Assembly: GCA_964505155.1 (NCBI GenBank)
Contig: CAZDGL010000005.1
Span: 1 to 59,311, forward strand
DNA from: an uncultured Candidatus Saccharibacteria bacterium
Lineage (GTDB): Bacteria > Patescibacteriota > Minisyncoccia > Phycocordibacterales > UBA9973
DNA: 59,311 bases
Direction of reading: 5' to 3'
Shown here: positions 10,699 through 19,909 of the stretch, piece by piece
Numbering within the stretch: the stretch's first letter is position 1
How the letters are laid out: every line of letters begins with the position of its first letter
Program-made: the position numbers and the translations under genes
Notes under the pieces: model-generated
What the model was told of the DNA's origin: nothing
Database searches by the model: none
What the model saw: the letters and a program-made list of their open reading frames with translations, nothing else

Positions 10699-10946
10699 AT
10701 TGCGGAGTTCTTATAAGTAAGGTTCTTTTCTTTTAAAATTGTATCTATTTCTCTTTTTCCAATAGCAGTAAGTCCTGGAATATTTATTGGCGTAAAGAAA
10801 TTTTCTTCTTTTTCTACTATCTGGCCAAGAGTTTTAATATTACTATTTTTCAAAGCAATATAGAGCCGGACGCTAATCTCAAGTTCATCAATTGATAAAA
10901 GTGTTGGGTCTTTTTTTATTTCATTATTAAAATATTTTTCAGTCAT
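10695..10946 (-). CDS. Stand-alone RNA polymerase alpha C-terminal domain-like protein
   Basis: LSIDELEISVRLYIALKNSNIKTLGQIV...IPGLTAIGKREIDTIL resembles the RpoA CTD pattern; ATGA overlap with pheT. Confidence 0.75.
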   Translation of the reverse strand: MTEKYFNNEIKKDPTLLSIDELEISVRLYIALKNSNIKTLGQIVEKEENFFTPINIPGLTAIGKREIDTILKEKNLTYKNSAI

Positions 10947-10950
10947 ATAT

Positions 10951-11688
10951 TTAAAATTGATTGAATCGCAAATCTCCTTGATATGCGAGGCGGATATCAG
11001 GGAAACCGAACTTTACATTTGCCAAACGATCGAGACCCATACCAAAAGCAAAGCCGGTGACTTTTTCACTATCATAACCAACGGATTTGAAAACATTTGG
11101 ATGCACCATACCAGCACCACAGACTTCAAGCCACTTCTCTCCTACTTTCACATCGACTTCAAAACCCGGTTCAACGAATGGAAAGAAGCTTGGGCGAAGA
11201 CGTATTTCAGTTTCTGTTCCAAATAATTCTTTGAAGAATCCTAAAAGTGTTCCTTTTAAATGCTCTACTGTTATACCTTCTCCCACCACAAGACCTTCTA
11301 TTTGATGAAATTGCATTTCATGTGTTGCGTCTGTTGATTCATTTCTGAAAACTTTTCCTGGCACAATGATTGCAAATGGCGCAGTGTGGTTTTCCATATA
11401 TCGTATCTGTACAGGAGAAGTGTGAGTGCGTAGGACAAAACCAGGACGGTCCTTGATGAAAAATGTATCTTGCATGTCTCGAGCTGGGTGATCCTTGGGC
11501 ACATTCAAAGCATCAAAGTTGTGATACTCATCCTCAAGCTCTGGACCTGTCGCCACCGAAAAACCTTGTTTTTCGAAAATACCCACAATCTCGCTTGTGA
11601 CCAAGGTAAGAGGGTGAAGAGTGCCTGCCAGCCCTCGCGAGTATTGCTCGGGAGCAGGCTGGCCTTTTTGAATACTAGATGATTCCAT
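10951..11688 (-). CDS. pheS: Phenylalanine--tRNA ligase alpha subunit (N-terminally short)
   Basis: [58 protein letters not shown]; ATG at 11688. Confidence 0.97.
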   Translation of the reverse strand: MESSSIQKGQPAPEQYSRGLAGTLHPLTLVTSEIVGIFEKQGFSVATGPELEDEYHNFDALNVPKDHPARDMQDTFFIKDRPGFVLRTHTSPVQIRYMENHTAPFAIIVPGKVFRNESTDATHEMQFHQIEGLVVGEGITVEHLKGTLLGFFKELFGTETEIRLRPSFFPFVEPGFEVDVKVGEKWLEVCGAGMVHPNVFKSVGYDSEKVTGFAFGMGLDRLANVKFGFPDIRLAYQGDLRFNQF

Positions 11689-11725
11689 TAACAAACTATA
11701 GCGAAAATATGAGTTTTTTACAATT

Positions 11726-12697
11726 TTAGAAAATGCTCTTTATTTTATTCCAAATCTTTCCTATCAGAGACTTGTGTTCTCTTTTACAACCCTTCACACA
11801 ATGAGTATGACCTCTCTTTTCTGTCTGCTTTTTCTCACAAGCATCACAAAGTATGAACTGTCCATTGCAACCAAACTCTCTGCAGTCAACAATGTTTTCT
11901 GATGGAGCATCGCAAGAGGTACACTTACCTATGATTTTGTGTTTTGGATCATCAGTATAGAATCCCATCGCTACTCTCCCATCAAAGACATAGAGCTTGC
12001 CTTCGAAATCTTCATTCGGATATTTCTCCATGTATGAGACGATACCGCCATCGAGTTGATACACATCTTTGAAACCTTGGGTGATAAGATAGCCTGATGC
12101 TTTTTCACAACGCACACCACCAGTACATACAGTAAGAACTGTTTTGTCTTTCAGATGCGCTATAGTTTTCAAAAGTTTTGGAAGATCACGGAAATTTTCC
12201 ATGGGAGGGCATATTGATCCGGCAAACTTTCCAATCATATGCTCATAAGCATTGCGCATGTCGACTATGTAGAACTCACGCCCTTCTGCAATCCATTGAT
12301 GAAGTTCTTCTGGTTTTAGGTGTATACCAGTAGTAACATTTGGATCAACATCGCAAGTGCCAAGGTGAAGAGAAACTATTTCTGGACGTACCTTTACTGA
12401 GAGCTTTGGGAAAGCATTGCCTGTTCCCTCACTACGCTTCATATGAATATTTAGAAAACGAGAGTCCTTCTCCATTTCTTTGATAAAATCCTCTGTATCT
12501 TGTGTCTTGCCTTCAAGAGTAATATTTAGCCCTTCTGTTGCAACAATCAGTCGTCCTTTCAGTCCAAACTTTTGGCATAGTTCACGAAGCCAATCCCTAA
12601 CCTCTTCTGGGTTTGAGATGTGGACGTATTTGTAGAAAAGTAGAATTTGATAATCTTTCATATTTTTTAGATTAGCAGAAAAATTGGGATTGGTCAC
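11726..12697 (-). CDS. trhO: Rhodanese-domain tRNA uridine(34) hydroxylase, TrhO/YceA family
   Basis: [56 protein letters not shown]. Confidence 0.88.
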   Translation of the reverse strand: MTNPNFSANLKNMKDYQILLFYKYVHISNPEEVRDWLRELCQKFGLKGRLIVATEGLNITLEGKTQDTEDFIKEMEKDSRFLNIHMKRSEGTGNAFPKLSVKVRPEIVSLHLGTCDVDPNVTTGIHLKPEELHQWIAEGREFYIVDMRNAYEHMIGKFAGSICPPMENFRDLPKLLKTIAHLKDKTVLTVCTGGVRCEKASGYLITQGFKDVYQLDGGIVSYMEKYPNEDFEGKLYVFDGRVAMGFYTDDPKHKIIGKCTSCDAPSENIVDCREFGCNGQFILCDACEKKQTEKRGHTHCVKGCKREHKSLIGKIWNKIKSIF

Positions 12698-12702
12698 GGT
12701 AT

Positions 12703-12902
12703 TATCGGGACCGCTACGCTTATCTCCCTCGACTCAAAGCTTTTCAGTCAAAAGCTTTGGTCTGGGCACCAGCTCAGCCATTTTGTCTGATGACAAAATA
12801 TGCTTCCGCTGTTCGATTCCCGAACGCGAGACAAGCAGTTGTCTCGCTTAGTCCCCCAATATAAAAAACCTGGAATTCCAGGTTTTTTATATTGGGGGAC
12901 TA
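12703..12902 (-). mobile_element. tRNA-associated hairpin-rich element, copy at tRNA-His (includes a 54-bp perfect palindrome at 12849-12902)
   Basis: Core aligns with 22417-22522 in reverse complement; ends match the tRNA-His 3' end. Confidence 0.8.
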
Positions 12903-12967
12903 TCGGGAATCGAACCCGAATCGAAGGTTCCACAAACCTCAGTGTTAACCGTTACACCATAATCCCC
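12895..12967 (-). tRNA. tRNA-His (GUG)
   Basis: Cloverleaf with G-1:C73, anticodon arm GAGGT-TTGTGGA-ACCTT, T-loop GGTTCGATTCC. Confidence 0.95.
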
Positions 12968-13036
12968 ATGCTTGCCCCGCGAAACCTTAGTGAAGTGGGG
13001 TGTGCACCTTGTTATACCAGAAAATCTTTATGAAAT

Positions 13037-14026
13037 CTAGAGCACAGAGCTCTCTGTTTCAGAATTAAACTTTTTTGTAACTACTCTTTCAAAAATTTGT
13101 GAACCAATGATAACAAAGGCTAGGAGGGTTAGATAAGCCCAAAGAGATGTTTGGAAATCAAGATTTATCTTGCGAAGCGAGCCAAGCAAAAATGCCAAAT
13201 ACCAAGAAGTAAGCGACACACCTCCGAGAGCAAAAGCGAGTCTTCGGAAACGGCGCGCCGGCACAGTTCCTTCAAAAGAGAGCCGGCGCATATACGGAGC
13301 GACAAACATATTTAAAAGTATGCCGTTTATTATAATAACGCCAACCACAAAGACTTTGAGTAAGAACTTTGCTGAAGCCAAAAGTCTAGCTTGCTCTGGT
13401 ACAAAAAGAGCAAAGCCTGTGACAACTAGTATAGCTAGTGCTATCCAGATGACATTGGTAAGAGTATCCATAGTTTGCTTTTCTTCCAAAGAGATAACTT
13501 TGTCTTTCAAAAATCTAAAGAAAAATATATCAGTAATAGTCGCAGACCCTACTCCGAGGATAAATCCAAGGTTGTGCAATATCACCCAAAAGACTTTTTG
13601 TTTTGCCAAGATTGGTGCAAAGATCTCTGTAGGGATACTTATAAGGCTGATGATGAGAAGGATGTTGGTAAAAGCTATTGCCAAACACCATGCGCACCAA
13701 CTCTTGATAACGAAGGCTTGAAGCCCCAAAAGGTAGAGAGAAAATAGTCCACCTAAAATCATAAGGAAAAACATGGCATATAAAACCATTGAAGGAGCGA
13801 ACCCGAGTAGAGGGAGAAAGATTAGGACGAGCATAAAGCCAAAATAAACTATTCCCAAAAGTTCGTTCGGCAAACCAAAGGTCTTGGCAAACTTGCTATG
13901 AAGTACAGTATCGCAAGGATGCTCCCTTGGACAAGCAAGTTTTTTGTGAGAAATTTTTCTAAAGAGCATAAAAGCCGAGAGAAAAATCCCGACAAGAGAC
14001 AGGGCTATAGGTATAAAAGTTTGCAT
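13037..14026 (-). CDS. Vitamin K epoxide reductase (VKOR) family protein fused to an extra multi-TM domain
   Basis: LAC.....CDTVL.S loop cysteines, FGLPNELLG, CAWC redox motif; extra hydrophobic C-terminal half. Confidence 0.88.
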   Translation of the reverse strand: MQTFIPIALSLVGIFLSAFMLFRKISHKKLACPREHPCDTVLHSKFAKTFGLPNELLGIVYFGFMLVLIFLPLLGFAPSMVLYAMFFLMILGGLFSLYLLGLQAFVIKSWCAWCLAIAFTNILLIISLISIPTEIFAPILAKQKVFWVILHNLGFILGVGSATITDIFFFRFLKDKVISLEEKQTMDTLTNVIWIALAILVVTGFALFVPEQARLLASAKFLLKVFVVGVIIINGILLNMFVAPYMRRLSFEGTVPARRFRRLAFALGGVSLTSWYLAFLLGSLRKINLDFQTSLWAYLTLLAFVIIGSQIFERVVTKKFNSETESSVL

Positions 14027-14051
14027 GGAAATATTATAACAGAATCTCTTG

Positions 14052-14373
14052 GTGACTGAGAGGGCTTTCCTTCGCCTATCGCTTTTAAAAACTTGGTTAC
14101 TCGGTTACAAAGACTTGTAGTTACGCTGCTATTCCACAAAGAACGGTACAAACTTGGATAGAAAATGACGAGACTCTTCGCTTGAAAATCAACTCTTGGC
14201 AAAATGAGATCAATCGCATAGCGAGACAAAATTTAATAAAGGTTATTAAAAGTGGTAAACCAGAAGCCTACCAAGTCTCTTTATTTTGGCTTAAGACACG
14301 TGAAAGAGAAGATTTTGGATATACCACTCTTACAGCGAAATATAATTGCCTTCCAAGACAAGTAAGAACGTGA
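14052..14373 (+). pseudogene. Degraded phage-like HTH / terminase small subunit-like gene
   Basis: Frame of ORF 14182 stays open upstream to 14089 (KLGYSVTKTCSYAAIPQRTVQTWIEND...ARQNL...FWLKTREREDFG) with no ATG and is cut by TAA at 14086. Confidence 0.5.
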
Positions 14374-14447
14374 GGCTGACAAGATAGAGGCAGAGAGAAA
14401 TAGAATTTATAAAAAAGAGTTATACGATATCATAAAAAGGCAAGGCT

Positions 14448-15161
14448 CTATTTAAAACTAAGCGGGTTAAAGTTGGTCCCAACGTCAAAAGTATCTAAAC
14501 CTTCTTTTGCTTTTAAAGTTCTTATTACTTTACGAGTTATCGGTAACGCTAATACCTCCCAAGTTGTACAGAAAATCACGGTACTAATGATCAGTGGGAT
14601 CACTTGCTCAGCGGTAAACCAGCCAGCAAATAAAAATATACCAGTAATAGCGATGGAGTTATCAACTATTTGACCAAAAAGTGTAGATAGAACGAGTCTA
14701 AAATTTAGATATTTTCCAGTCGTAAATATTTTCATTTTTGCTACCACAAAAGAATTGGTTAACTCACCACAGAAAAATGCAAGTATTACAAAGAAAGCAA
14801 CAAGTGGAGATGACTGGAAAATCAAATTGTATGCTTGGCTATCAGCAAAGTTTGGGCTTGGCACAAGAGTATAAACATAGGCTATTATTGAAGATAAAGC
14901 CATGCAAAAGAAGCCGGTCCAAACAATCTTTCTCGTTACCCTATATCCGTACACTTCAGTAAAAATATCAGCAAAAATGTAAACAAATGGATAGGTCAAT
15001 ATTACGACTGCAAAAACAAAGCCACCAATTTCAAAAGTTTTTAGTGCTGTAAAAAGATTGATTATTAGAAAAGTCACCCATAACATACCCAATATGCCTA
15101 GATACTTATGATTAGCACGTGCAGACAATTTTGGATCAGTAATAAGTTGTGTATTTTGCAT
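14448..15161 (-). CDS. Queuosine precursor transporter (VUT/YhhQ family)
   Basis: YPFVYIFADIFTEVYG, GELTNSFVVAKMK, RLVLSTLFGQIVD, DTFDVGTNFNP. Confidence 0.92.
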   Translation of the reverse strand: MQNTQLITDPKLSARANHKYLGILGMLWVTFLIINLFTALKTFEIGGFVFAVVILTYPFVYIFADIFTEVYGYRVTRKIVWTGFFCMALSSIIAYVYTLVPSPNFADSQAYNLIFQSSPLVAFFVILAFFCGELTNSFVVAKMKIFTTGKYLNFRLVLSTLFGQIVDNSIAITGIFLFAGWFTAEQVIPLIISTVIFCTTWEVLALPITRKVIRTLKAKEGLDTFDVGTNFNPLSFK

Positions 15162-15284
15162 ATACTCAATTATACCTTTTTCACAAAAAACATAACACTT
15201 TGTACACCAGTTTCTCCAAAAAACGTAGTAACTGCAAGACTACAACCGTTGTTTGAAACTTTTCACTGGAAAAGTCTTTACTAG

Positions 15285-15368
15285 TGCGCGAGAGAGGACT
15301 TGAACCTCCATCCCATTGCTGGGGCTACCACCTCAAGGTAGTGCGTCTACCAGTTTCGCCACCCGCGC
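15285..15368 (-). tRNA. tRNA-Leu (GAG)
   Basis: GCGCGGGTGGCGAAACTGGTAGACGC; anticodon arm CTACC-TTGAGGT-GGTAG; long variable arm. Confidence 0.95.
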
Positions 15369-15421
15369 AAATATGTTTTTTAAAGCACGTAGCAACTATA
15401 AACAAAATTTTCTGTATAAGC

Positions 15422-15449
15422 AAGAAAATCCGCATTGGCGGATTTTCTT
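15422..15449. terminator. Hairpin after rplS
   Basis: AAGAAAATCCGC-ATTG-GCGGATTTTCTT. Confidence 0.7.
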
Positions 15450-15454
15450 TTGTA

Positions 15455-15880
15455 TTATTCGTTTGAACTTTCTTCTTGTGTCTCCTCTTCTACTTGAGCT
15501 TTTCCTGTTAGGATTTGCTTCATTTTGCGTCTTATCTCTTTTACCGCTTTGTCTCTGATGTAGTAGAGCTTACTTCGGCGAGTTTTTGTTTTCTTTGTGA
15601 CTTCAATCTTATCGATCATTGGAGAAAATAGAGGAAAAACACGCTCTACTCCTACGCCATTACTTACCTTACGCACAGTGAAAGTTGCAGTTGGACTAGT
15701 GCCGTGTTTACGCGCCAAAACAATACCTTCAAAGGCCTGGAGACGGTATTTACCTTTATCTTCAATCTTTGACCAAACGCGAATATTGTCTCCTGAAGAG
15801 AAATCAAGCTTTTTTCTTGCTTCTACATCAACTGGAGTAAATGAGAATACTTCTTGTGTGGCTGTTGTTGCTTCTTCCAT
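15455..15880 (-). CDS. rplS: 50S ribosomal protein L19
   Basis: GDNIRVW, RLQAFEGIVLA, TFTVRKVSNGVGVERVFP, RRSKLYYIRD; ATG at 15880. Confidence 0.97.
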   Translation of the reverse strand: MEEATTATQEVFSFTPVDVEARKKLDFSSGDNIRVWSKIEDKGKYRLQAFEGIVLARKHGTSPTATFTVRKVSNGVGVERVFPLFSPMIDKIEVTKKTKTRRSKLYYIRDKAVKEIRRKMKQILTGKAQVEEETQEESSNE

Positions 15881-15896
15881 ATAGGACGAAACTTTA

Positions 15897-16628
15897 TCAT
15901 AAAATGCCGTACTTCGCAACTGCCCTGGCAAAATCAGACGGATATGGAGCTACAGCTTCTACCTTGTGCCCTTCTAGGTCCAAAAAGCTTATTTTCCTAG
16001 CATGAAGAGCTACCCTTGAAAAACCAAGTGCGTCTTGCTTACTGGGCGCATAAAGACTGTCAGAAACTATCGGTCTTTGGATAAATTTCATATGAACACG
16101 CAATTGGTGTGTTCGGCCAGTTTTGGGAAAAAGCCTAACAAAAGAAAACTTTTGATCATTTTCGTCTACAAACTCGCTTTCTACTTGCCACTTTGTGATG
16201 GCCTCTTTGGTTTCACCTCGCAAACCTCGTCCAGCATGTCTGCGACGAAAATCGTTTTTGTTGCGCCCGATAGGTTCGTTAATGATCCCCTCTTTTTCTT
16301 TAAAATGATCCCAGAGAAATGCGTGGTATTCCTTTTCTATGATTCTATCCATAAATTGCTTTTTAAAATGAGCAAAAGCTTCTTTGGTCTTGGTGACGAT
16401 CAAAACCCCAGAAGTCTCTTCGTCGAGTCTATGAACTATACCAGGGCGATCTATCTCTTCATCATTAAAAGTAACACTTTCTCCTACTCCTTTCATTTCT
16501 GGATACTTTGAAATAATCCAATCTGTAAGAGTCGGGACATCTTTTTTGCCATCTGGATGAACCATTAAGCCAGAGGGTTTGTTGAGGACCAAAAAGTCTT
16601 TTGTTTCGAGCAATACTACAGGCTCCAT
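15897..16628 (-). CDS. RluA-family RNA pseudouridine synthase
   Basis: NKPSGLMVH, PGIVHRLDEETSG, PKTGRTHQLRVH, ALHA. Confidence 0.95.
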   Translation of the reverse strand: MEPVVLLETKDFLVLNKPSGLMVHPDGKKDVPTLTDWIISKYPEMKGVGESVTFNDEEIDRPGIVHRLDEETSGVLIVTKTKEAFAHFKKQFMDRIIEKEYHAFLWDHFKEKEGIINEPIGRNKNDFRRRHAGRGLRGETKEAITKWQVESEFVDENDQKFSFVRLFPKTGRTHQLRVHMKFIQRPIVSDSLYAPSKQDALGFSRVALHARKISFLDLEGHKVEAVAPYPSDFARAVAKYGIL

Positions 16629-16642
16629 AATAAAAACATACT

Positions 16643-16678
16643 AACATAAAAACACCAATTGCTTGGTGTTTTTATGTT
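16643..16678. terminator. 14-bp-arm hairpin downstream of tRNA-Val with an AATTGCTT loop
   Basis: AACATAAAAACACC-AATTGCTT-GGTGTTTTTATGTT. Confidence 0.7.
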
Positions 16679-16681
16679 TTG

Positions 16682-16753
16682 TGCGCCCTGAGGGATTTGA
16701 ACCCCCGACCTTCGCTGTGTAAAAGCGCTGCTCTACCACTGAGCTAAGAGCGC
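16682..16753 (-). tRNA. tRNA-Val (UAC)
   Basis: GCGCTCTTAGCTCAGTGGTAGAGC; loop TTTACAC; GGTTCAAATCC. Confidence 0.95.
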
Positions 16754-16836
16754 ATAAAGCACTAAGGAGAGCATAACAAAAAATAGACATTTTGCAAATT
16801 TGAAGTATTAATATAAGATAAAAATACTTAGACATT

Positions 16837-16908
16837 GCCCTTGTAGTTAAATGGATATAACTGCGGACTTCTAAGCCGTTATTCTAGGTTCGATTCCTAG
16901 CGAGGGCA
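16837..16908 (+). tRNA. tRNA-Arg (UCU)
   Basis: GCCCTTGTAGTTAAATGGATATAAC; loop CTTCTAA; GGTTCGATTCC. Confidence 0.95.
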
Positions 16909-16918
16909 CAAATTTAAA

Positions 16919-17185
16919 CTATTTTGTTCTTGTATTTATAGCTCCTTCTATAGAGTCTATGAGCTTTTCTAGTTTATTTATTTGAAGACTATTTGTGTCT
17001 AGTTTTGGAACAACCTGCTCATCTAGCTTTTTGGTTGAAACAGTAAAAAAGTAGGTAAAATATACAATCTCTAGGGTCAAAATGATTATAAAAATAGTTA
17101 TCAAAATAAGCCAAAAACGATGAGGGTTTATTGTGCCATCTTTTTTATATCTTATTGATTTTTGTTTTTTGAAATTTATTTTCAT
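16919..17185 (-). CDS. Small single-TM protein at the end of the pilMNO-like operon
   Basis: One TM helix plus a coiled tail; co-oriented with the pilM operon. Confidence 0.7.
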   Translation of the reverse strand: MKINFKKQKSIRYKKDGTINPHRFWLILITIFIIILTLEIVYFTYFFTVSTKKLDEQVVPKLDTNSLQINKLEKLIDSIEGAINTRTK

Positions 17186-17188
17186 ATA

Positions 17189-17776
17189 TTATTCGACACT
17201 CAATATCTCAATTGTAACAACCGCCTGCCATTTTGGCTCTTTGGGTGGCTGGGTGGTTTTTTTGACAGAAGAGGGTGCTTTAAAATCCTGAGAGTCACCA
17301 GAGCTAGTTTGCTCAGAAAATAAATAGATATTTTTTATATTCACCAAAAAGCTTTGGTGTCTTAATAAGTCTAAAAAGGTTAAAATTTCTTTGTAGGTAG
17401 CAATAGATTTTGTCTCAACAACAAGTTTGGCAACTTCTTCATCCTTTATATTTTGAACACTTGTAATCTCAAAAGAGATATTGTTTTGTTGGGCCAAAGT
17501 CTCTAGGCTAGATAAAAGCTCAGGAACTGATTCTTGTTTGATAATGTTTTTCTGAAGACTAGCTACTCTGGATTCTAAATCTTTGATCTTTTGAGCCTCT
17601 TCGTTAAAAGCTTTTTTGTTTATTTGATAAGAAACCAACCTCTCCTTTAATCCCAATACACTGTTTGTTTTTTTGTTTATTTTTGAAAGAGTAATAACAA
17701 TAATAAAAATTATAACTAGACACAAGATTATCGAGATAAATATGGCTACAATATGTTTTGCAAATGTCTTTTTCAT
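17189..17776 (-). CDS. PilO-like type IV pilus assembly protein
   Basis: N-terminal TM, coiled coil, PELLSSLETLAQQNNI, ferredoxin-like C-terminus; third gene after pilM. Confidence 0.65.
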   Translation of the reverse strand: MKKTFAKHIVAIFISIILCLVIIFIIVITLSKINKKTNSVLGLKERLVSYQINKKAFNEEAQKIKDLESRVASLQKNIIKQESVPELLSSLETLAQQNNISFEITSVQNIKDEEVAKLVVETKSIATYKEILTFLDLLRHQSFLVNIKNIYLFSEQTSSGDSQDFKAPSSVKKTTQPPKEPKWQAVVTIEILSVE

Positions 17777-17780
17777 ATAT

Positions 17781-18302
17781 TTATTTTATCGATATTATAA
17801 GCTTAAAAGTTCCATTTTTACTCTTGATAAAGTTTGAAACAGGGCTATCTACCATTGAGAACTCAGGCTGACTAGTTAGTGTAGCTATAAAACTCTTCAG
17901 AGACTCCCTTTTATCAAAAGATCCAAAAACCTCTAGTATTTTTGGGTCTTCAGAAGAAAATCTTTCTATTTTTATACCAAAAGGTGTTTGTTTCTCTACT
18001 AAAGAAATAGTGTCTATGATAGAGGCATCATTTTGTGCTACTAAAAGAGGTTTTATTTTTTGTGCTTTTTCATACAAAAAAACAAGGTTAATATCGCTTG
18101 ATATCATTCCTTTTTTTTCTAAAGAGATTATTTCTTCCGAATAAATGTTAAAACGAGAATTTACAGTAAAAACTGTGGGTAGTATAAGTAGGAGCAGAGA
18201 AGTTATTAAAAAGAACACTGCACCGATAATAGAGTTCAACACTCTTAAAAGTCGAATCTTACCTATGATCTTTTTTTCTTTGTATGGCAAAAGGTTAATC
18301 AT
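17781..18302 (-). CDS. PilN-like type IV pilus assembly protein
   Basis: Hallmark MINLLP start plus TM, directly after pilM. Confidence 0.8.
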   Translation of the reverse strand: MINLLPYKEKKIIGKIRLLRVLNSIIGAVFFLITSLLLLILPTVFTVNSRFNIYSEEIISLEKKGMISSDINLVFLYEKAQKIKPLLVAQNDASIIDTISLVEKQTPFGIKIERFSSEDPKILEVFGSFDKRESLKSFIATLTSQPEFSMVDSPVSNFIKSKNGTFKLIISIK

Positions 18303-19368
18303 ATATATAATCAGCTAAAGCAAGACCTATGGCCGTAACATAGCTCATAGAGGCTTCTTTGTTTATCTCTGGGATAAAGTTTTCTGTCGAGAAACAGTTT
18401 TTCCACGGGTTTACTTGTACTACTTTTAACTTAAGAGCACTGCTTAGATAATCGTCTAGCCCCAAAAGGTTGCTATGTCCCCCGCAGAGATAGATAGTGT
18501 CTATTGTTGGGAAGGTTCCGAGTTGATTTTTCTTTTCATACCAATAAGTATAACGGCGATTGATTTCGTCTTTTAGTACAGAGATACTGTTTACCAAAAC
18601 AGAAAAAGTATCTTTATCAGAATTGTTTTTTATCAAGCCATTTTCTCTTTTTATTTTTTCTGCTTCTTCTATAGAAATAGAAAACTCCTTGGCAAGGTTT
18701 TGGGTCAACAACTTACCACCAAAGTCGAGTGTGGCAGTAATCATAGCTGTTTTGTTGGTAACGATAGTGATACCAGTTCTGTTGGCTCCAAAATCAACAA
18801 TCATACAAGATCCTTTATCACTTGGATCAAGAACCGCTCTTGCTATAGCTTGACCCTCCAGCTCAAAACTTACAGGTATTATATCTGCTGAAAAAAAGGC
18901 GTTAAAATAGTTGGTTGTTACAGTTTCAGAGAGAGCCACAACTTGCACTATTATCCCAGACTCACTTACACCCAAAACATGGTAGTCAAATACAGTCTCT
19001 ATAGCCTTTAGAGGGATATTGTCTTCTATCAAAAGCTCGATAGCTGAACGAATATCTCCGCTAGCGCTCGGATCCAGAGATAAGGTGAAAGAATAAACCT
19101 GAGACTCTGGAATAGAAACTCGAACGTATTTGAGTTTGTATTTTTTTTGGACTTCTTTTAGAAAAGAAATAAACTTTTCATTATCAACTATTCTACCTCC
19201 TTTCATACAACCTTCTGGGATGCTCATCTCAGCAAATCTCTTGGGCACCAAACCGTCCACTGTGATACCAAGAGCAACAAAACGCATAGTAGCGTCAGAA
19301 AAATCCAAGCCTACTGTTGGAATAGCAACAAATGATGGTGTTGGAAATAATCTATTAAAAAGATTCAT
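18295..19368 (-). CDS. pilM: Type IV pilus assembly protein PilM
   Basis: VGLDFSD, MIVDFGA..T, IYLCGG.SNL.GL..YL, NPW, AIGLAL actin-like motifs. Confidence 0.9.
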   Translation of the reverse strand: MNLFNRLFPTPSFVAIPTVGLDFSDATMRFVALGITVDGLVPKRFAEMSIPEGCMKGGRIVDNEKFISFLKEVQKKYKLKYVRVSIPESQVYSFTLSLDPSASGDIRSAIELLIEDNIPLKAIETVFDYHVLGVSESGIIVQVVALSETVTTNYFNAFFSADIIPVSFELEGQAIARAVLDPSDKGSCMIVDFGANRTGITIVTNKTAMITATLDFGGKLLTQNLAKEFSISIEEAEKIKRENGLIKNNSDKDTFSVLVNSISVLKDEINRRYTYWYEKKNQLGTFPTIDTIYLCGGHSNLLGLDDYLSSALKLKVVQVNPWKNCFSTENFIPEINKEASMSYVTAIGLALADYIYD

Positions 19369-19477
19369 CCCGCTTAGAAACAGGTCGCGGTCACCGCAGA
19401 CACTGTTAAGTTTATTTGTTTAATACTTTTTTCAACCATTTTTTTAATTCCCTCCGCGATCGCGGTTTCTAACGGGA
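19369..19477 (-). mobile_element. 109-bp MITE, copy 1, flanked by a duplicated ATGAA (pilM start codon)
   Basis: TIRs TCCCGTTAGAAAC / GTTTCTAAGCGGG; homologous to 42355-42464. Confidence 0.85.
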
Positions 19478-19515
19478 TTCATCCTAAATATTATACGAGA
19501 TTGTGAGAGATATTA

Positions 19516-19848
19516 CTATCTAACTTTTGCGCCCGGTGCAACTGCTTTTTCTGGAACCAAAAAAACTGGCTCACCATCTAGTCCGTCCACTGCCATAAGC
19601 ATACCTTGAGACTCTAGTCCCATCATCTCTCTTGGTGCTAGATTGATTACAAAAAGCATTTTTTTTCCCACCAAAGTACTTGGTTCATACCAAGCCTTGA
19701 TGCCCGAGAGTATTTGCCTAGGCTTTTCTTCTCCAAAATCAAGCATAAGCTTGATGAGCTTGTCTGATCCTGGTACCTCTTCAGCAGAAATAACCTCTCC
19801 GATACGGGCTTCTAGTTTTTTAAATTCGTCTATTGTTAAATATTCCAT
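19516..19848 (-). CDS. Stand-alone tRNA-binding OB-fold protein (Trbp111/CsaA/MetRS C-terminal-like)
   Basis: TIDEFKKLEARIGEV, SDKLIKL..DFG, RQILSGI, NLAPR.MMGLESQGML. Confidence 0.9.
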   Translation of the reverse strand: MEYLTIDEFKKLEARIGEVISAEEVPGSDKLIKLMLDFGEEKPRQILSGIKAWYEPSTLVGKKMLFVINLAPREMMGLESQGMLMAVDGLDGEPVFLVPEKAVAPGAKVR

Positions 19849-19883
19849 CCTATTATTCTACTTTATAAAAAATAAAATAAAAA

Positions 19884-19909
19884 CTGCTCCCGTTTATTGG
19901 CGGGAGCAG
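19884..19909 (-). terminator. Intrinsic terminator
   Basis: CTGCTCCCG-N8-CGGGAGCAG followed by a long U-tract on the minus strand. Confidence 0.8.

Noticed and set aside
12748-13033. ORFs 12748-12933 (-) and 12800-13033 (+)
   Set aside because: They run through tRNA-His and its palindrome; both contain the peptide QYKKPGIPGFLYWG only because the DNA is palindromic
14005-14229. 74-aa minus-strand ORF
   Set aside because: Overlaps the VKOR start and promoter and is antisense to the more protein-like phage relic
15162-15284. preQ1 riboswitch upstream of the queuosine precursor transporter
   Set aside because: No preQ1-I consensus visible, and TATAAT lies 7 nt from the ATG, leaving no leader
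19362-19484. 9-bp target duplication GATTCATCC at MITE copy 1
   Set aside because: Copy 2 supports only a 4-5-bp duplication; the extra bases overlap the TIR or match by chance
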